Below the pieces are notes generated by a model. That model had not been told where the DNA came from. It saw only the letters and a list, made by a program, of their open reading frames with translations, and ran no database searches. DNA of 64,000 bases, from contig DATKVM010000002.1 of NCBI GenBank assembly GCA_035530075.1, forward strand, positions 103,348 to 167,347. Reading direction: 5' to 3'. The translations under genes and the position numbers were made by a program. This stretch comes from Patescibacteria group bacterium (GTDB lineage Bacteria > Patescibacteriota > Microgenomatia > UM-FILTER-40-11). Below are positions 35,569 through 45,029 of this stretch, in pieces. Every line of letters starts with the position of its first letter. Position 1 is the stretch's first letter.

Positions 35569-36678
35569 CTACTTAATCCCGTACATTCCTTCCCCAAAGT
35601 TCTTTATTATACCGCGGAGTTCCAAAATTGAAAGTATGCTTCCTAACCGACCACTTTCTATTTTCAGTTTTCTGGCAATTTCATCAATATGCTGATTTTC
35701 ATTCTCCAAAATTTCCACAATCTTTAATTCATCTCCGGCTAACTCCTCCTTTGATACCTTTGATACTTTTGATACTTTTGATACTTTTGATACCTCCATA
35801 TTCAGCTCTTCCAAAATATCCTCCACACCATTTACCAGCTTGGCCCCTTTTTTAATTAACTCGGCGGTTCCCGCCGAAAGAGGTGAAGTAATCGGGCCGG
35901 GAACGGCAAAAACCTCTCGACCTTGCTCAGCGGCACAAGAGGCGGTTATAAGTGAGCCGCTGTCCTCGGCCGCTTCTGTCACCACCACCCCCAAAGACAA
36001 ACCGCTAATAATCCGATTTCTGGCTGGAAAATTTCCCGGCACTGCCTGCATCCCTAAAGGAAATTCGCTAATAATCGCCCCACCGGCCGCCACAATTCTT
36101 TCAGCCAAGTCTTTGTGTTCCGGTGGATAAATTAAATCCAAACCGCAACCCAAGACCGCGATTGTCAGACTGCCGTTGAGAAGAGCCGTTTCGTGGGCAA
36201 TCCGATCAACTCCCCGGGCCAACCCCGAAACTATCATTAAACCGGCTCCCGCCAGCCCCTCAGTTATTATTTCCGTCACTTGTCGTCCGTAAGCGGTTAC
36301 TTTCCTCGTTCCGACAACAGCGACCGCCTTTTTACTCAAAAAACCCAGTTCTCTTTGTCTGCTCTTGACGTATAAAACGGGAGGGCTACCTGCTATTTCT
36401 TTTAGCAGTTTCGGGTAATTTTCTTCTTCGGCAAAAGTTACCTTTATTCCTTTTTGCTCCAGCCGAAGGAAATACGAATTGCCGTCGAAGCTTTGCCGGA
36501 AAGAAAGAAAATTTCCTACTAGTTTCTCCCCTAACCCAATTTCCCTCAAACTTTTTTCCGGGGCGACAAAGGCCCTTTTAGCGGAACCAAAATAATCCAA
36601 AAGCAATTTGAACCTTACCGGCCCAATCCCCTGGAAAACACTAAACGCCAACCAAGCTTTCTTCTCTTCTAAGTCCAT
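35569..36678 (-). CDS. dprA: DNA processing protein DprA/Smf
   Basis: SAM-like N-terminus (GIGPVRFKLLLDYFGS), Rossmann core (VVGTRKVTAYGRQ...GLARGVDRIAHE...) and a C-terminal winged helix. A (KVS)5 in-frame repeat precedes the WH domain. Confidence 0.85.
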   Translation of the reverse strand: MDLEEKKAWLAFSVFQGIGPVRFKLLLDYFGSAKRAFVAPEKSLREIGLGEKLVGNFLSFRQSFDGNSYFLRLEQKGIKVTFAEEENYPKLLKEIAGSPPVLYVKSRQRELGFLSKKAVAVVGTRKVTAYGRQVTEIITEGLAGAGLMIVSGLARGVDRIAHETALLNGSLTIAVLGCGLDLIYPPEHKDLAERIVAAGGAIISEFPLGMQAVPGNFPARNRIISGLSLGVVVTEAAEDSGSLITASCAAEQGREVFAVPGPITSPLSAGTAELIKKGAKLVNGVEDILEELNMEVSKVSKVSKVSKVSKEELAGDELKIVEILENENQHIDEIARKLKIESGRLGSILSILELRGIIKNFGEGMYGIK

Positions 36679-36697
36679 AAACTCATTATGAGAAAAT

Positions 36698-38332
36698 TTA
36701 ATCCTTAAAATACTTTTCTAATATTTCTTTCGCAATTGGGGCCGCCACTGATGAGCCTTCCCCTCCTTTTTCCACCAGCACCGTCAGCACGATTTCCGGG
36801 TTGTCGGCCGGAGCAAAAGCGGTAAACCAAGCGTGAGAAGTTTTGTCGTCACCGGTCTCCGCTGTTCCGGTTTTACAGGCAACTTGAGGGGTAAAGCCAA
36901 AAAAGGGGTAGCCCGTTCCTCCTTCGGCGCAAGCTTCAACCATCCCCTTCTTTATGGCTTGCCAAAACTCTTTTTTTACCCCTAAATCTCGGCATTCCGC
37001 CTCGTAGGGCGTATTTTCTGCTCCCAGCTTTAACATCCTCGGCCGGCAAATTTTGCCTTCGCTCGCCACCGTGCTCGTAATTTGATTTACTTGAAGCGGG
37101 GTTAAAGCCAAATCCCCCTGACCAATCGCAATATGATAAGTATTGCCTAAGAACCAGCGCTCACCCTTAGTTTTCTCTTTCCATTCGGGATTAGCCATGA
37201 AGCCAGCCAGTTCCCCCGGCAAATCTAGCCCAGTTTTATTTTTTACCCCAAATTTTTCCGCCCAGAAGTTGAGCTTTTCAATCCCCACCATTTCCCCGAC
37301 TTTATAAAAGTAAGTGTCAACCGAACGGGCTAAGGCTTTAGCCAAATTAACCTCGCCCTCGGTTCGACCAAAGCTAGTGAAATACCAGTTTCGATATTCA
37401 AAATCGCCAATTTTAATTATTCCCGGGTCAGTAATTTGGGTCTGGGGAGTAATTTTCCCTTCTTCCAAAGCCGCTAGGGCCGTAACAATCTTAAAAGTAG
37501 AACCCGGAGCGAAAAGGCCGGCAATTGCCCGATTTAGAAGTGGGCGATTCGCCTCGTCACTGATAAGCTTTAAAATTTCATCGCTATTGCCTCCCGAAGA
37601 AAACAAGTTAGGATCGTAAGAAGGAGAGGAATACAAAATTAAGACTTCCCCATTCTGAGGATTAGTGGCTACGACCGCTCCCTTACCTTGATTTACCGTT
37701 GCTTTAGCGAAAGCGAGTGCCGCTGTTTCCTGGAGATTTTTATCTATCGCCAAAGTTAGACTTTTGCCTGCATTGGCCAAGATACGTCCCATTCGACGAA
37801 TGACTTTACCTTGAGTATCCACTTCTACCAACTCACTCCCCTCTCGACCCCGTAAAAGCGATTCATATCGAGCTTCCAAACCATCTCGACCGACTAAACT
37901 GCCTTGGCGATAACCTTTCAAATCTAATTTCCCCTCCTTAAGTTCTTTTTCAGTTACTTCCCCTAAGTAACCAAGCAAATGGCCAAAGGTCGTCGCGCTT
38001 AAATATCGGCGGCGCAAAGATAAGCGCAGTTGATTATCCCGACCTTCGGCTTGCCACTCCAACGCCTCATCGCGGGAGATAATTTTCGCCTTTTCCTCGG
38101 TGGTGGACGGCTTTTCCTCAAGGTAAACCGGTTCGTTATCCGCCAAAATTTCACCGTGCCGGTCTAAAAGCAAGCCCCGAGGCGCTTCCAGACTAAGACG
38201 GGCAATGCGGTTACTATCGGCCAAATAACGGTTCTTTTTCCCCTCAACTACTTGCAGTTGACAAAGACGCAAGAAAAAGACAATAAAAACAGCTAAGACC
38301 AAAAGAACAAATGGTCGGGTATTTTTTTTCAT
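36698..38332 (-). CDS. mrdA: Penicillin-binding protein 2 (class B transpeptidase)
   Basis: N-terminal anchor, SxxK (STFKIV), SxD/N (SVD) and KTG (KTGTAE) motifs. Located downstream of mreBCD. Confidence 0.8.
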   Translation of the reverse strand: MKKNTRPFVLLVLAVFIVFFLRLCQLQVVEGKKNRYLADSNRIARLSLEAPRGLLLDRHGEILADNEPVYLEEKPSTTEEKAKIISRDEALEWQAEGRDNQLRLSLRRRYLSATTFGHLLGYLGEVTEKELKEGKLDLKGYRQGSLVGRDGLEARYESLLRGREGSELVEVDTQGKVIRRMGRILANAGKSLTLAIDKNLQETAALAFAKATVNQGKGAVVATNPQNGEVLILYSSPSYDPNLFSSGGNSDEILKLISDEANRPLLNRAIAGLFAPGSTFKIVTALAALEEGKITPQTQITDPGIIKIGDFEYRNWYFTSFGRTEGEVNLAKALARSVDTYFYKVGEMVGIEKLNFWAEKFGVKNKTGLDLPGELAGFMANPEWKEKTKGERWFLGNTYHIAIGQGDLALTPLQVNQITSTVASEGKICRPRMLKLGAENTPYEAECRDLGVKKEFWQAIKKGMVEACAEGGTGYPFFGFTPQVACKTGTAETGDDKTSHAWFTAFAPADNPEIVLTVLVEKGGEGSSVAAPIAKEILEKYFKD

Positions 38333-38333
38333 C

Positions 38334-38549
38334 TCAAAATTTCAGTTTCCCGGGCCGGTCGAAAAATTGACCGAAAACCAGCCAGAAAATGCCTCCCCAA
38401 AAAAGTATTTTTAGGCCGGTTAGTCCCAAGAGTTCTTGTTGCCCAAAATCCCAACTCAATCCCAGTGGTAATGCTAGCCAGAGCAAAACCGGCTTCTTTA
38501 CCGCCAACCAAAAAAGAATAAAACTACTAATGATAAGTTCCATCGCCAA
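38334..38549 (-). CDS. mreD: Small integral membrane protein in the mreD position (putative short MreD)
   Basis: 71 aa with two hydrophobic helices, between mreC and pbp2. Shorter than canonical MreD, and the alternative frame 38329..38511 overlaps it, so the call is tentative. Confidence 0.35.
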   Translation of the reverse strand: MAMELIISSFILFWLAVKKPVLLWLALPLGLSWDFGQQELLGLTGLKILFWGGIFWLVFGQFFDRPGKLKF

Positions 38550-38553
38550 TAAA

Positions 38554-39321
38554 TTAGATTTTCCCCTTAATCAAAAAAACCGTTTCTAACTCTTCCGGAT
38601 TAAAAAGCCTTTTCACTTGGGCAGACTTAAAAACCTCTCCCTTTACCACCATTACTTCTTCGACTTCTCCTACCAATAAATCACCTCCCTCAAGATTAGT
38701 TATCACTAAATCCCCTTGACTGACTTCTTCGCTGGTTAGAATCTGCTCCACCCGCATCTTTCCCTGCCCCCGCCCGACTAAAAGCCCCCTTGCCCGGGGA
38801 AAGCCGGTCGAGTCTTTCCCCGCCACTATTCTCACCATCAGTCTTTCCTCAAAAAAACTTGGTAATCGAACCTGAGCCATTTCTTCGCTTAAGCTTACTA
38901 CCTTACCGAGAAAAGTCTGGCCGGAAATGACCACCATTCCTTCTTTAACGCCTTCTTTCCTTCCCTGATCAATAGTCAGAGTTTCGTCACCCAAACCAAT
39001 CACTTTGGCCGTTAAAAATTGCCAGTTTCTGGGCAAAGGCGAAGAAAGAAGTCTTTTTTGCTCTCGATTTTCCTCGGTTAAACTGGCAATCTGAACCTTC
39101 AACTCGGCAATTGTTCTCTCGCCAGCCAAGGCGCAACCCCCCAAATCCTTTTTTAAAAATCGTTGCCAGCGAAAAATTTTCGCCTGAACCGGAATGATAA
39201 GGGCATTTTCGAATTTTCCCCGCAGGGGACGGAAAATCCCGAGAAAATTTAAAGGCAAGAGGAAAAGAAAAATCAAGAGGAGGGCAATAAATGGTTGGGG
39301 CAATGGTCGACGATTAAACAT
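38554..39321 (-). CDS. mreC: Rod shape-determining protein MreC
   Basis: N-terminal TM helix, a coiled coil and a beta-rich C-terminal domain (GQTFLGKVVSL...GDLVITNLEGGDL). Confidence 0.8.
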   Translation of the reverse strand: MFNRRPLPQPFIALLLIFLFLLPLNFLGIFRPLRGKFENALIIPVQAKIFRWQRFLKKDLGGCALAGERTIAELKVQIASLTEENREQKRLLSSPLPRNWQFLTAKVIGLGDETLTIDQGRKEGVKEGMVVISGQTFLGKVVSLSEEMAQVRLPSFFEERLMVRIVAGKDSTGFPRARGLLVGRGQGKMRVEQILTSEEVSQGDLVITNLEGGDLLVGEVEEVMVVKGEVFKSAQVKRLFNPEELETVFLIKGKI

Positions 39322-39326
39322 AGGCC

Positions 39327-40379
39327 TTATTTTACCCCTCCCCTAACCCTCACTTTCTGGAGTAAGTTTTCGTCCGCCAACACTTTGGCGCAACCTTTCA
39401 CCGTCACCGTCAAGGGGTCCTCGACCACCATGCAGGGCATTTTCGTGGTTTCCGTCACCAGCAAATCCAACCCGGGCAATGAAGTTATCCCACCAGCCAG
39501 ATATATCCCTTTTTGAGCAATATCACCCAAAAGTTCGGGAGGAGTTTCTTCAATAATATCGGAAATTGCTCCTACCAGCTGATTAAGAATGGGAGCCAAG
39601 GCCTCCCGCACTTCGGCGACATTGACTCGCAGCGATCGGGGTAAACCAGTGGCCAGATCTCGACCCCGAACGACCATTAATCGCTCATCCCGACCTTTAA
39701 TTTCCCAAGCCGAACCTAAACCAATTTTTAAATTTTCAGCCGTCGGCAAGCCAATGAGAATTGAATATTTCAAGCGCAAAAAGTTAATAATCGCTTCATC
39801 CATCTCATCCCCGGCTACCCGGAGAGATTTGTTAATGACAATTCCCCCCAAGGAAATGACCGCCAATTCAGTCGTGCCACCCCCAATATTGACGATTAGC
39901 GCCCCGGCGGCCTCAAAAATCGGCAAATCGGCCCCGATAGCCGTCGCCATTGGCTCCTCAACCAAATAAGCCACCCGAGCCCCAGCGGCAAAGGCGGCAT
40001 CCTGAACCGCTTTCTTCTCCACATCAGTCACCCCTGCTGGGATACTGATCGCCACCTTTGGTTTAGGAATTTTGATATTCAAGCCATGGCTTTGATGAAG
40101 TTTTTTAAAGTAATAAGAAAGCATTCCTAGGGTCGCATCAAAATCGGAAATAACCCCGTCTTGTAAAGGAGGAATCGCCTCTAGCTGCCCTGGCGTTCGG
40201 CCAATCATTTTTTTAGCCTCGCTACCAACGGCAACTATCTCTTTGCTCTTTTTATGGCGAGCAACCACGGTTGGCTCTCGCACCGCTACCCCTTTGCCTA
40301 AAACCATAATCCGGGTATTGGTCGTTCCCATATCCACCCCTAAATCATAAGAAACCAGTCTGAAAAATCTATCCAGCAC
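39327..40379 (-). CDS. mreB: Rod shape-determining protein MreB
   Basis: FRLVSYDLGVDMGTTNTRIMVLGKG... carries the full actin-fold motifs (phosphate 1/2, adenosine). Confidence 0.85.
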   Translation of the reverse strand: MLDRFFRLVSYDLGVDMGTTNTRIMVLGKGVAVREPTVVARHKKSKEIVAVGSEAKKMIGRTPGQLEAIPPLQDGVISDFDATLGMLSYYFKKLHQSHGLNIKIPKPKVAISIPAGVTDVEKKAVQDAAFAAGARVAYLVEEPMATAIGADLPIFEAAGALIVNIGGGTTELAVISLGGIVINKSLRVAGDEMDEAIINFLRLKYSILIGLPTAENLKIGLGSAWEIKGRDERLMVVRGRDLATGLPRSLRVNVAEVREALAPILNQLVGAISDIIEETPPELLGDIAQKGIYLAGGITSLPGLDLLVTETTKMPCMVVEDPLTVTVKGCAKVLADENLLQKVRVRGGVK

Positions 40380-40417
40380 AAGATTATTTTAGCATTTTTG
40401 ATGTTATACTAAAACTC

Positions 40418-42511
40418 ATGAAGCTCGATGCCTTTTTCCAAAAAACAATCGCCTGGCTTTTTCCAATTCTTTTCTTTCTAGTACCCCTTTTCTTCACTCC
40501 TTATAATTCCGAACTTTTCGAATTCAATAAAATGCTTTTGGTTTACGCCTTCACCATTCTCATAGTCGGTGCCTGGTGCGCCCGGATGATTGGTCAAAAA
40601 AGGCTCATTTTCCAAAAAACCCCTCTGGACTGGCCCCTTTTAATTTTCTTAATTTCTCAATTTTTAAGTTTTTTACTTTCCATTGACCGGCATACCAGTC
40701 TCTGGGGATATTATTCCCGGTTTAACGGTGGCCTTCTATCCGTAATTGCTTATCTGCTTCTCTATTGGGCGTTTATCAGCAATTGCCAAACCAAGGATGT
40801 CCATAAAATTATTAAAGCTTCTCTAGCGGCTGGCTTAATTATTTCTTTTTATGGCATTCTGGAGCATTTCGGACACTCTTTCAGTTGTCTTTTATTCGAG
40901 GGAAAGTTTAATGTCGATTGTTGGGTTCAGGATGTTCAGGCTCGCGTTTTTGCCACCCTAGGCCAACCCAATTGGCTGGCCGCTTACCTAGCCGTCCTTA
41001 TTCCTATCGCCATCGTTTATCTTCTTTGGGCCAAAAACAAAAGGAACTTTGCTTACTATTTAATACTTAATGCTAGCTACTTTGCTTGTCTTCTCTTCAC
41101 CGGCTCCCGCTCCGGTTTTTTGGGTCTGGTTACTGCCCTCGGTGTTTTGGGAATATTTATTTTTCTCTTCTATCGCCGAAACTTCCGTCCTTTTCTTCGT
41201 CCCTGCTTAATACTTACTACTAACTACTTGCTACTAATCGTTATTTTCGGCTCACCTTTTTCTCAAATTAATCGCTATTTGCCCCGTTGGTCATTTTTGC
41301 CAGAAAAAGCGGTCCCCGCGGTCACGGTCGGAACTCAATTGGAAACTGGGGGGACAGAATCAGGAAAAATCCGCCAAATAGTTTGGCAAGGGGCCTGGGA
41401 AATCTTTCGCCACTACCCGATTTTTGGATCTGGAGTGGAAACTTTTGCCCATTCTTACTACAATTTTCGGCCAGTGGCTCATAATACTGTATCAGAATGG
41501 GATTTTCTGTATAATAAGGCTCATAACGAATACCTTAATTATCTCTCCACGACCGGGATTGTCGGCTTAGGAGCTTACCTTTTCTTCATTGGCTGGTTTA
41601 TTACCCAGACCGTATCCAGGTTTAAAAAGGAACTGACTTCTTCCGATAACCTTAATCCTTACTCCTTAATACTGGCTACTTTCTGCGGTTGGCTTTCCAT
41701 CCTTGTTTCTAATTTTTTTGGCTTTTCCGTCGTCATTATCTCCCTGTATTTTTATCTCATCCCCGCTTTCATTTTCGTCCTTTCTCGCCCGCCAACTGCC
41801 AGCGACCAACCATCTCTACCCTTCACTCTTAGCCGTAAAATTTTGTTTCTCGTCCTCCTGCTTACTACTTTCTACTTACTACTGACTACTATTAATCTCT
41901 GGCGGGCAGATTTCTTTTATTCACTGAGTCAGAAATATAGCAAACAAAATCAATATGTTTCATCTTATCAAAACATAACAAAAGCTATCGAAATTGCTCC
42001 GAGAGAACCGATTTTTCTTAACGAACTTTCCTCGGTCGCCGCCAATTTAGCGATTCTGGCGGCAGAAGAAAAGAAGGCCAGCATGGCTGCCGAATTAACG
42101 ACGGTGGCTATCCATTCAAGCAAAGCCGCTTTAGAAATAAGTCCTACCAATCTTAACTTTGGGAAAACTCAAGTGCGAGTTTTTTATTTGCTTTCCGCCC
42201 TCGATCCTAATTATCTTGAAGAAGCGATTAATAGTCTTCGGGCGGCGATTAGTTTTGCCCCCACCGACCCGAAATTGGTTTACAATTTAGGACTTTTGAC
42301 GGCTAAAGCCGGCCAGACTAAAGAAGCCCTCGCGATAATCGAGAAGGCCGTTGAACTCAAGCCTAACTATGAAGAAGCGCACCGGACTCTGGCACTTTTT
42401 TATGAAGAATTAGGCAATAATCAAGATGCAATTAAACAGCTAGAAGCTATTCTAAAACAAAAAGGGTCCGATCCGGAAATTGAAGCCGAAATCGAAAAAC
42501 TGAAGAAGTAG
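40418..42511 (+). CDS. O-antigen ligase (Wzy_C)-like polytopic membrane protein with a C-terminal TPR domain
   Basis: Multiple TM helices, FTGSRSGFLG and H.HNEYLNYLSTTGIVG signatures of the O-antigen ligase family, and C-terminal TPR repeats (KAVELKPNYEEAHRTLALFYEELGNNQDAI). Confidence 0.65.
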   Translation: MKLDAFFQKTIAWLFPILFFLVPLFFTPYNSELFEFNKMLLVYAFTILIVGAWCARMIGQKRLIFQKTPLDWPLLIFLISQFLSFLLSIDRHTSLWGYYSRFNGGLLSVIAYLLLYWAFISNCQTKDVHKIIKASLAAGLIISFYGILEHFGHSFSCLLFEGKFNVDCWVQDVQARVFATLGQPNWLAAYLAVLIPIAIVYLLWAKNKRNFAYYLILNASYFACLLFTGSRSGFLGLVTALGVLGIFIFLFYRRNFRPFLRPCLILTTNYLLLIVIFGSPFSQINRYLPRWSFLPEKAVPAVTVGTQLETGGTESGKIRQIVWQGAWEIFRHYPIFGSGVETFAHSYYNFRPVAHNTVSEWDFLYNKAHNEYLNYLSTTGIVGLGAYLFFIGWFITQTVSRFKKELTSSDNLNPYSLILATFCGWLSILVSNFFGFSVVIISLYFYLIPAFIFVLSRPPTASDQPSLPFTLSRKILFLVLLLTTFYLLLTTINLWRADFFYSLSQKYSKQNQYVSSYQNITKAIEIAPREPIFLNELSSVAANLAILAAEEKKASMAAELTTVAIHSSKAALEISPTNLNFGKTQVRVFYLLSALDPNYLEEAINSLRAAISFAPTDPKLVYNLGLLTAKAGQTKEALAIIEKAVELKPNYEEAHRTLALFYEELGNNQDAIKQLEAILKQKGSDPEIEAEIEKLKK

Positions 42512-42571
42512 CTGGTTAATTACTACTAATTTGCTTGAGTCGTCCTCTCTCGCCGATTACAATGAAAGCAA

Positions 42572-43657
42572 ATGGCCGAATCACTTTTGTATAAAGAATT
42601 GGGGGGCAAAAAGATTCGCTGTCAGGCCTGCCAAAGAGAGTGCCTTATCAGCGACCAGCAAGTCGGTTTTTGTTTAGCCCGGCAAAATTTAGGCGGGGCT
42701 TTGGCTTCTCTGCTTTACGGCCAAATCACCGGCATTCAAGTTGACCCAATTGAAAAAAAACCTTTTTATCATTTTAAGCCGGGTTCTTTGGTGGCAACTA
42801 TCGGCTCCTGGGGCTGCAATTTCCGCTGCAAACAATGTCTCAATTTTGCCCATTCTTGGGGAGCAACCGAAGAGTTAAAAAGATTAAAAGAAGAAAGAGG
42901 GAAAGGCAAAATCACCAAAACCAAAGCGGCGGAGGAAATTGCTCAAACTATCGTTAATGGAGGTTATGCCGGCATCGCTTTTTCCTACAACGAGCCGACA
43001 ATTTGGGCAGAGTTTGCCAACCAAATTGCCCACGAATTTAAATCGTCTACTAACCGACTAACCAACCAACCCCCTAACAAACCATTTTGTGTCTTTGTCA
43101 CTAACGGCTCCTGGACTAAAGAAACCATTGACCTTTTAGCTCCCAATATTGACGCTGCCAATATCGACCTTAAAGGCTTTTGTGAAGAAACTTATCGGAA
43201 AATGGGGGCCTACTTAGGAATTATCCCGGAAATGGCGGTTTATGCTCAAAAGAAAGGGATTTTTTTAGAACTTACGACTTTGCTTATCCCCGGCATTAAT
43301 GATGACCCGGATGAGTTAAAAGACCTGGCGAATTGGATCGTCAAAGATCTGGGCCCGGATACCCCTTGGCATCTTTCTCAATTCGACCCCCAACTGGCTC
43401 CCGACCCCGAGTTTCAAAAAATTCCCTTTACTACCGCTCAAGAATTAAAACACGCCGCTTCCATCGGCGAAAAAGCCGGCCTGCACCACATTTATATTTG
43501 GGGCCCGGAAGCGGGATGCAATCGTTCCGACACTCTTTGTCCCAATTGCCGCAATATTGTTATTCGCCGCAACGGCGGCTGGCAGCCGAAAGAAATAAAA
43601 ATTAAAAAAAACCACCATTGTCAATTTTGTAACTTTAAGCTTAACGTTGTTCTCTAA
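42572..43657 (+). CDS. Radical SAM enzyme of the AmmeMemoRadiSam (AmrS) / PflA-like activase type
   Basis: N-terminal CxxC...C...C, then VDPIEKKPFYHFKPGS and the CNFRCKQC (Cx3Cx2C) cluster. An additional C-terminal Cys cluster is present (CPNCRN...HHCQFCN). Confidence 0.65.
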   Translation: MAESLLYKELGGKKIRCQACQRECLISDQQVGFCLARQNLGGALASLLYGQITGIQVDPIEKKPFYHFKPGSLVATIGSWGCNFRCKQCLNFAHSWGATEELKRLKEERGKGKITKTKAAEEIAQTIVNGGYAGIAFSYNEPTIWAEFANQIAHEFKSSTNRLTNQPPNKPFCVFVTNGSWTKETIDLLAPNIDAANIDLKGFCEETYRKMGAYLGIIPEMAVYAQKKGIFLELTTLLIPGINDDPDELKDLANWIVKDLGPDTPWHLSQFDPQLAPDPEFQKIPFTTAQELKHAASIGEKAGLHHIYIWGPEAGCNRSDTLCPNCRNIVIRRNGGWQPKEIKIKKNHHCQFCNFKLNVVL

Positions 43658-43765
43658 CTTAGCTTCTAATTGCTACTTGTCTCAGGTGTAACAAATGCAT
43701 ATTATTTCCTTTAAGTGCCTAGCTCTTTGGCACAATTCGACAGCGGGGAAAACGGGAGGCAAAAA

Positions 43766-44221
43766 ATGAGAAGGCTAATGGTTCTTACGGTTCTCGTTGT
43801 TGTCTTGGTTCCTCTCAGTTCCGTCCTGGCCGATGGTGGTTCACCAACGAGTAAGCCGTTGGGTCTGACCGACATTAGTGCCGGGTGGCACGCAGGGATG
43901 ATGGTTATCATTGGGTCTTCTCCGGTGTACGCTGGCCCTTACGGTCAAGAAAAGCTCGGAACTATTCCGGGGGTGGTCAAGGGGCAAATCCCAAGCTTAC
44001 CACCAAGGGTGGTCCGTAACTGGTCCGCTCACCAACTGGTAACCTATGCGGTACCCCTGGAGGTAAACAATAGGGTAGCAGTCTTACCCCTGGGAGAAGC
44101 CTTCGACCATTGGCGGGGAATAGGCTGGGTTCCTAAAGCAAAAGTCACTCCCCTTGCCATCTATCAGGGGCAGTTCGATGAAAGGGAATCTCAACCCTCA
44201 CTCCACCTTTGTTCGCAGTAG
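43766..44221 (+). CDS. Secreted hypothetical protein
   Basis: A strong SD (GGGAGG-N6-ATG) precedes a signal-peptide-like N-terminus (MRRLMVLTVLVVVLVPLSSVLA). GC is elevated, and the gene is flanked by 11-bp inverted repeats (CGACAGCGGGG). The start at 43766 was chosen over the upstream ORF-track Met. Confidence 0.45.
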   Translation: MRRLMVLTVLVVVLVPLSSVLADGGSPTSKPLGLTDISAGWHAGMMVIIGSSPVYAGPYGQEKLGTIPGVVKGQIPSLPPRVVRNWSAHQLVTYAVPLEVNNRVAVLPLGEAFDHWRGIGWVPKAKVTPLAIYQGQFDERESQPSLHLCSQ

Positions 44222-44257
44222 CAGACTTGTCCGGCAGAGGGGAAGATAAAAAATCCA

Positions 44258-44542
44258 TCAACCAAAAACCCCGCTGTCGGACATTCTAAACAAAATTCCA
44301 GTCAAGACAAATAAAGAAAAAGAAAGAAAATCAAAAGGAAAGATAGCCAGCAGGAAACGGTCGGAGGGTGCGACGAGCGGTCGCCAGTCACACCCTCCTT
44401 GGTCCCGGGGAAGCCCTAGATAATGAGAATCTCCCGGGAGATCAGGATATACAATAGGTATAGGAGAAACAGCTTCTGGAAAAGAGGGTATAGTACATAG
44501 AAGAACAAAGTCAAGACGAGCAAAACACTTAAGAGAACACAT
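44258..44542 (-). CDS. Small hydrophobic ORF; frame uncertain (alternative 45-aa frame from ATG at about 44548)
   Basis: GC-rich ORF encoding hydrophobic stretches. Two overlapping frames are possible and there is no homology support. Confidence 0.2.
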   Translation of the reverse strand: MCSLKCFARLDFVLLCTIPSFPEAVSPIPIVYPDLPGDSHYLGLPRDQGGCDWRPLVAPSDRFLLAIFPFDFLSFSLFVLTGILFRMSDSGVFG

Positions 44543-44573
44543 ACGCGGCGCATGGCTTCCTTCCTCCTGAGAA

Positions 44574-44759
44574 TTAGGGGAAAACCTCCCCGGTGGTCTG
44601 CTGGCTCTGGGTGAATACCCCGGTATTTTCTATCCTACTTTGGAAAATGCCCGAGATATTCAACAGAAAGGCAACAATCGCGAACGCTAGAAGCACGACG
44701 ATGAGGTCTCTAGCCTCCTTGCTCATGTCCCTCTCCTTATAGAGTCGTGTAAAACCCAT
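44574..44759 (-). CDS. Small single-pass membrane peptide (hypothetical)
   Basis: Product is MSKEARDLIVVLLAFAIVAFLLNISGIF.... The internal Met12 start is more likely. No homology. Confidence 0.3.
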   Translation of the reverse strand: MGFTRLYKERDMSKEARDLIVVLLAFAIVAFLLNISGIFQSRIENTGVFTQSQQTTGEVFP

Positions 44760-45029
44760 CTTTAACGCCCGTCTCCAGGTCCAAATATCTTAGATCCGGG
44801 AACGAGCGTTAAAGACGCTTCCTGCTGGCTGTCAAAGAACGAAAAACCTAATTTCAAAGTTTTGAGGCTTCCCTCTTGCCTTGTTATTAAGTACTCCTAT
44901 ATTATACTATAGGATTTCAAATTACCGCAATTTCAAGGCTAAATTCACTTTTCCATATCACAGTTGTCGTGATAAACCTTACAGGCTGTTTCTTTAATTA
45001 TCAGCAAAATTAAGGAAAGGCATCCGGAT

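Noticed and set aside
38329-38511. Alternative 60-aa ORF overlapping the mreD-like ORF
   Set aside because: Same strand but a different frame overlapping almost entirely. The 38334..38549 frame has the more membrane-protein-like composition, so only one is reported, with low confidence.
43727-43745. TGGCAC at 43727 as a sigma-54 (-24/-12) promoter
   Set aside because: The -12 element would have to be GACAG rather than TTGCA/TTGCT. The downstream GC box is better explained as one arm of the CGACAGCGGGG inverted repeat.
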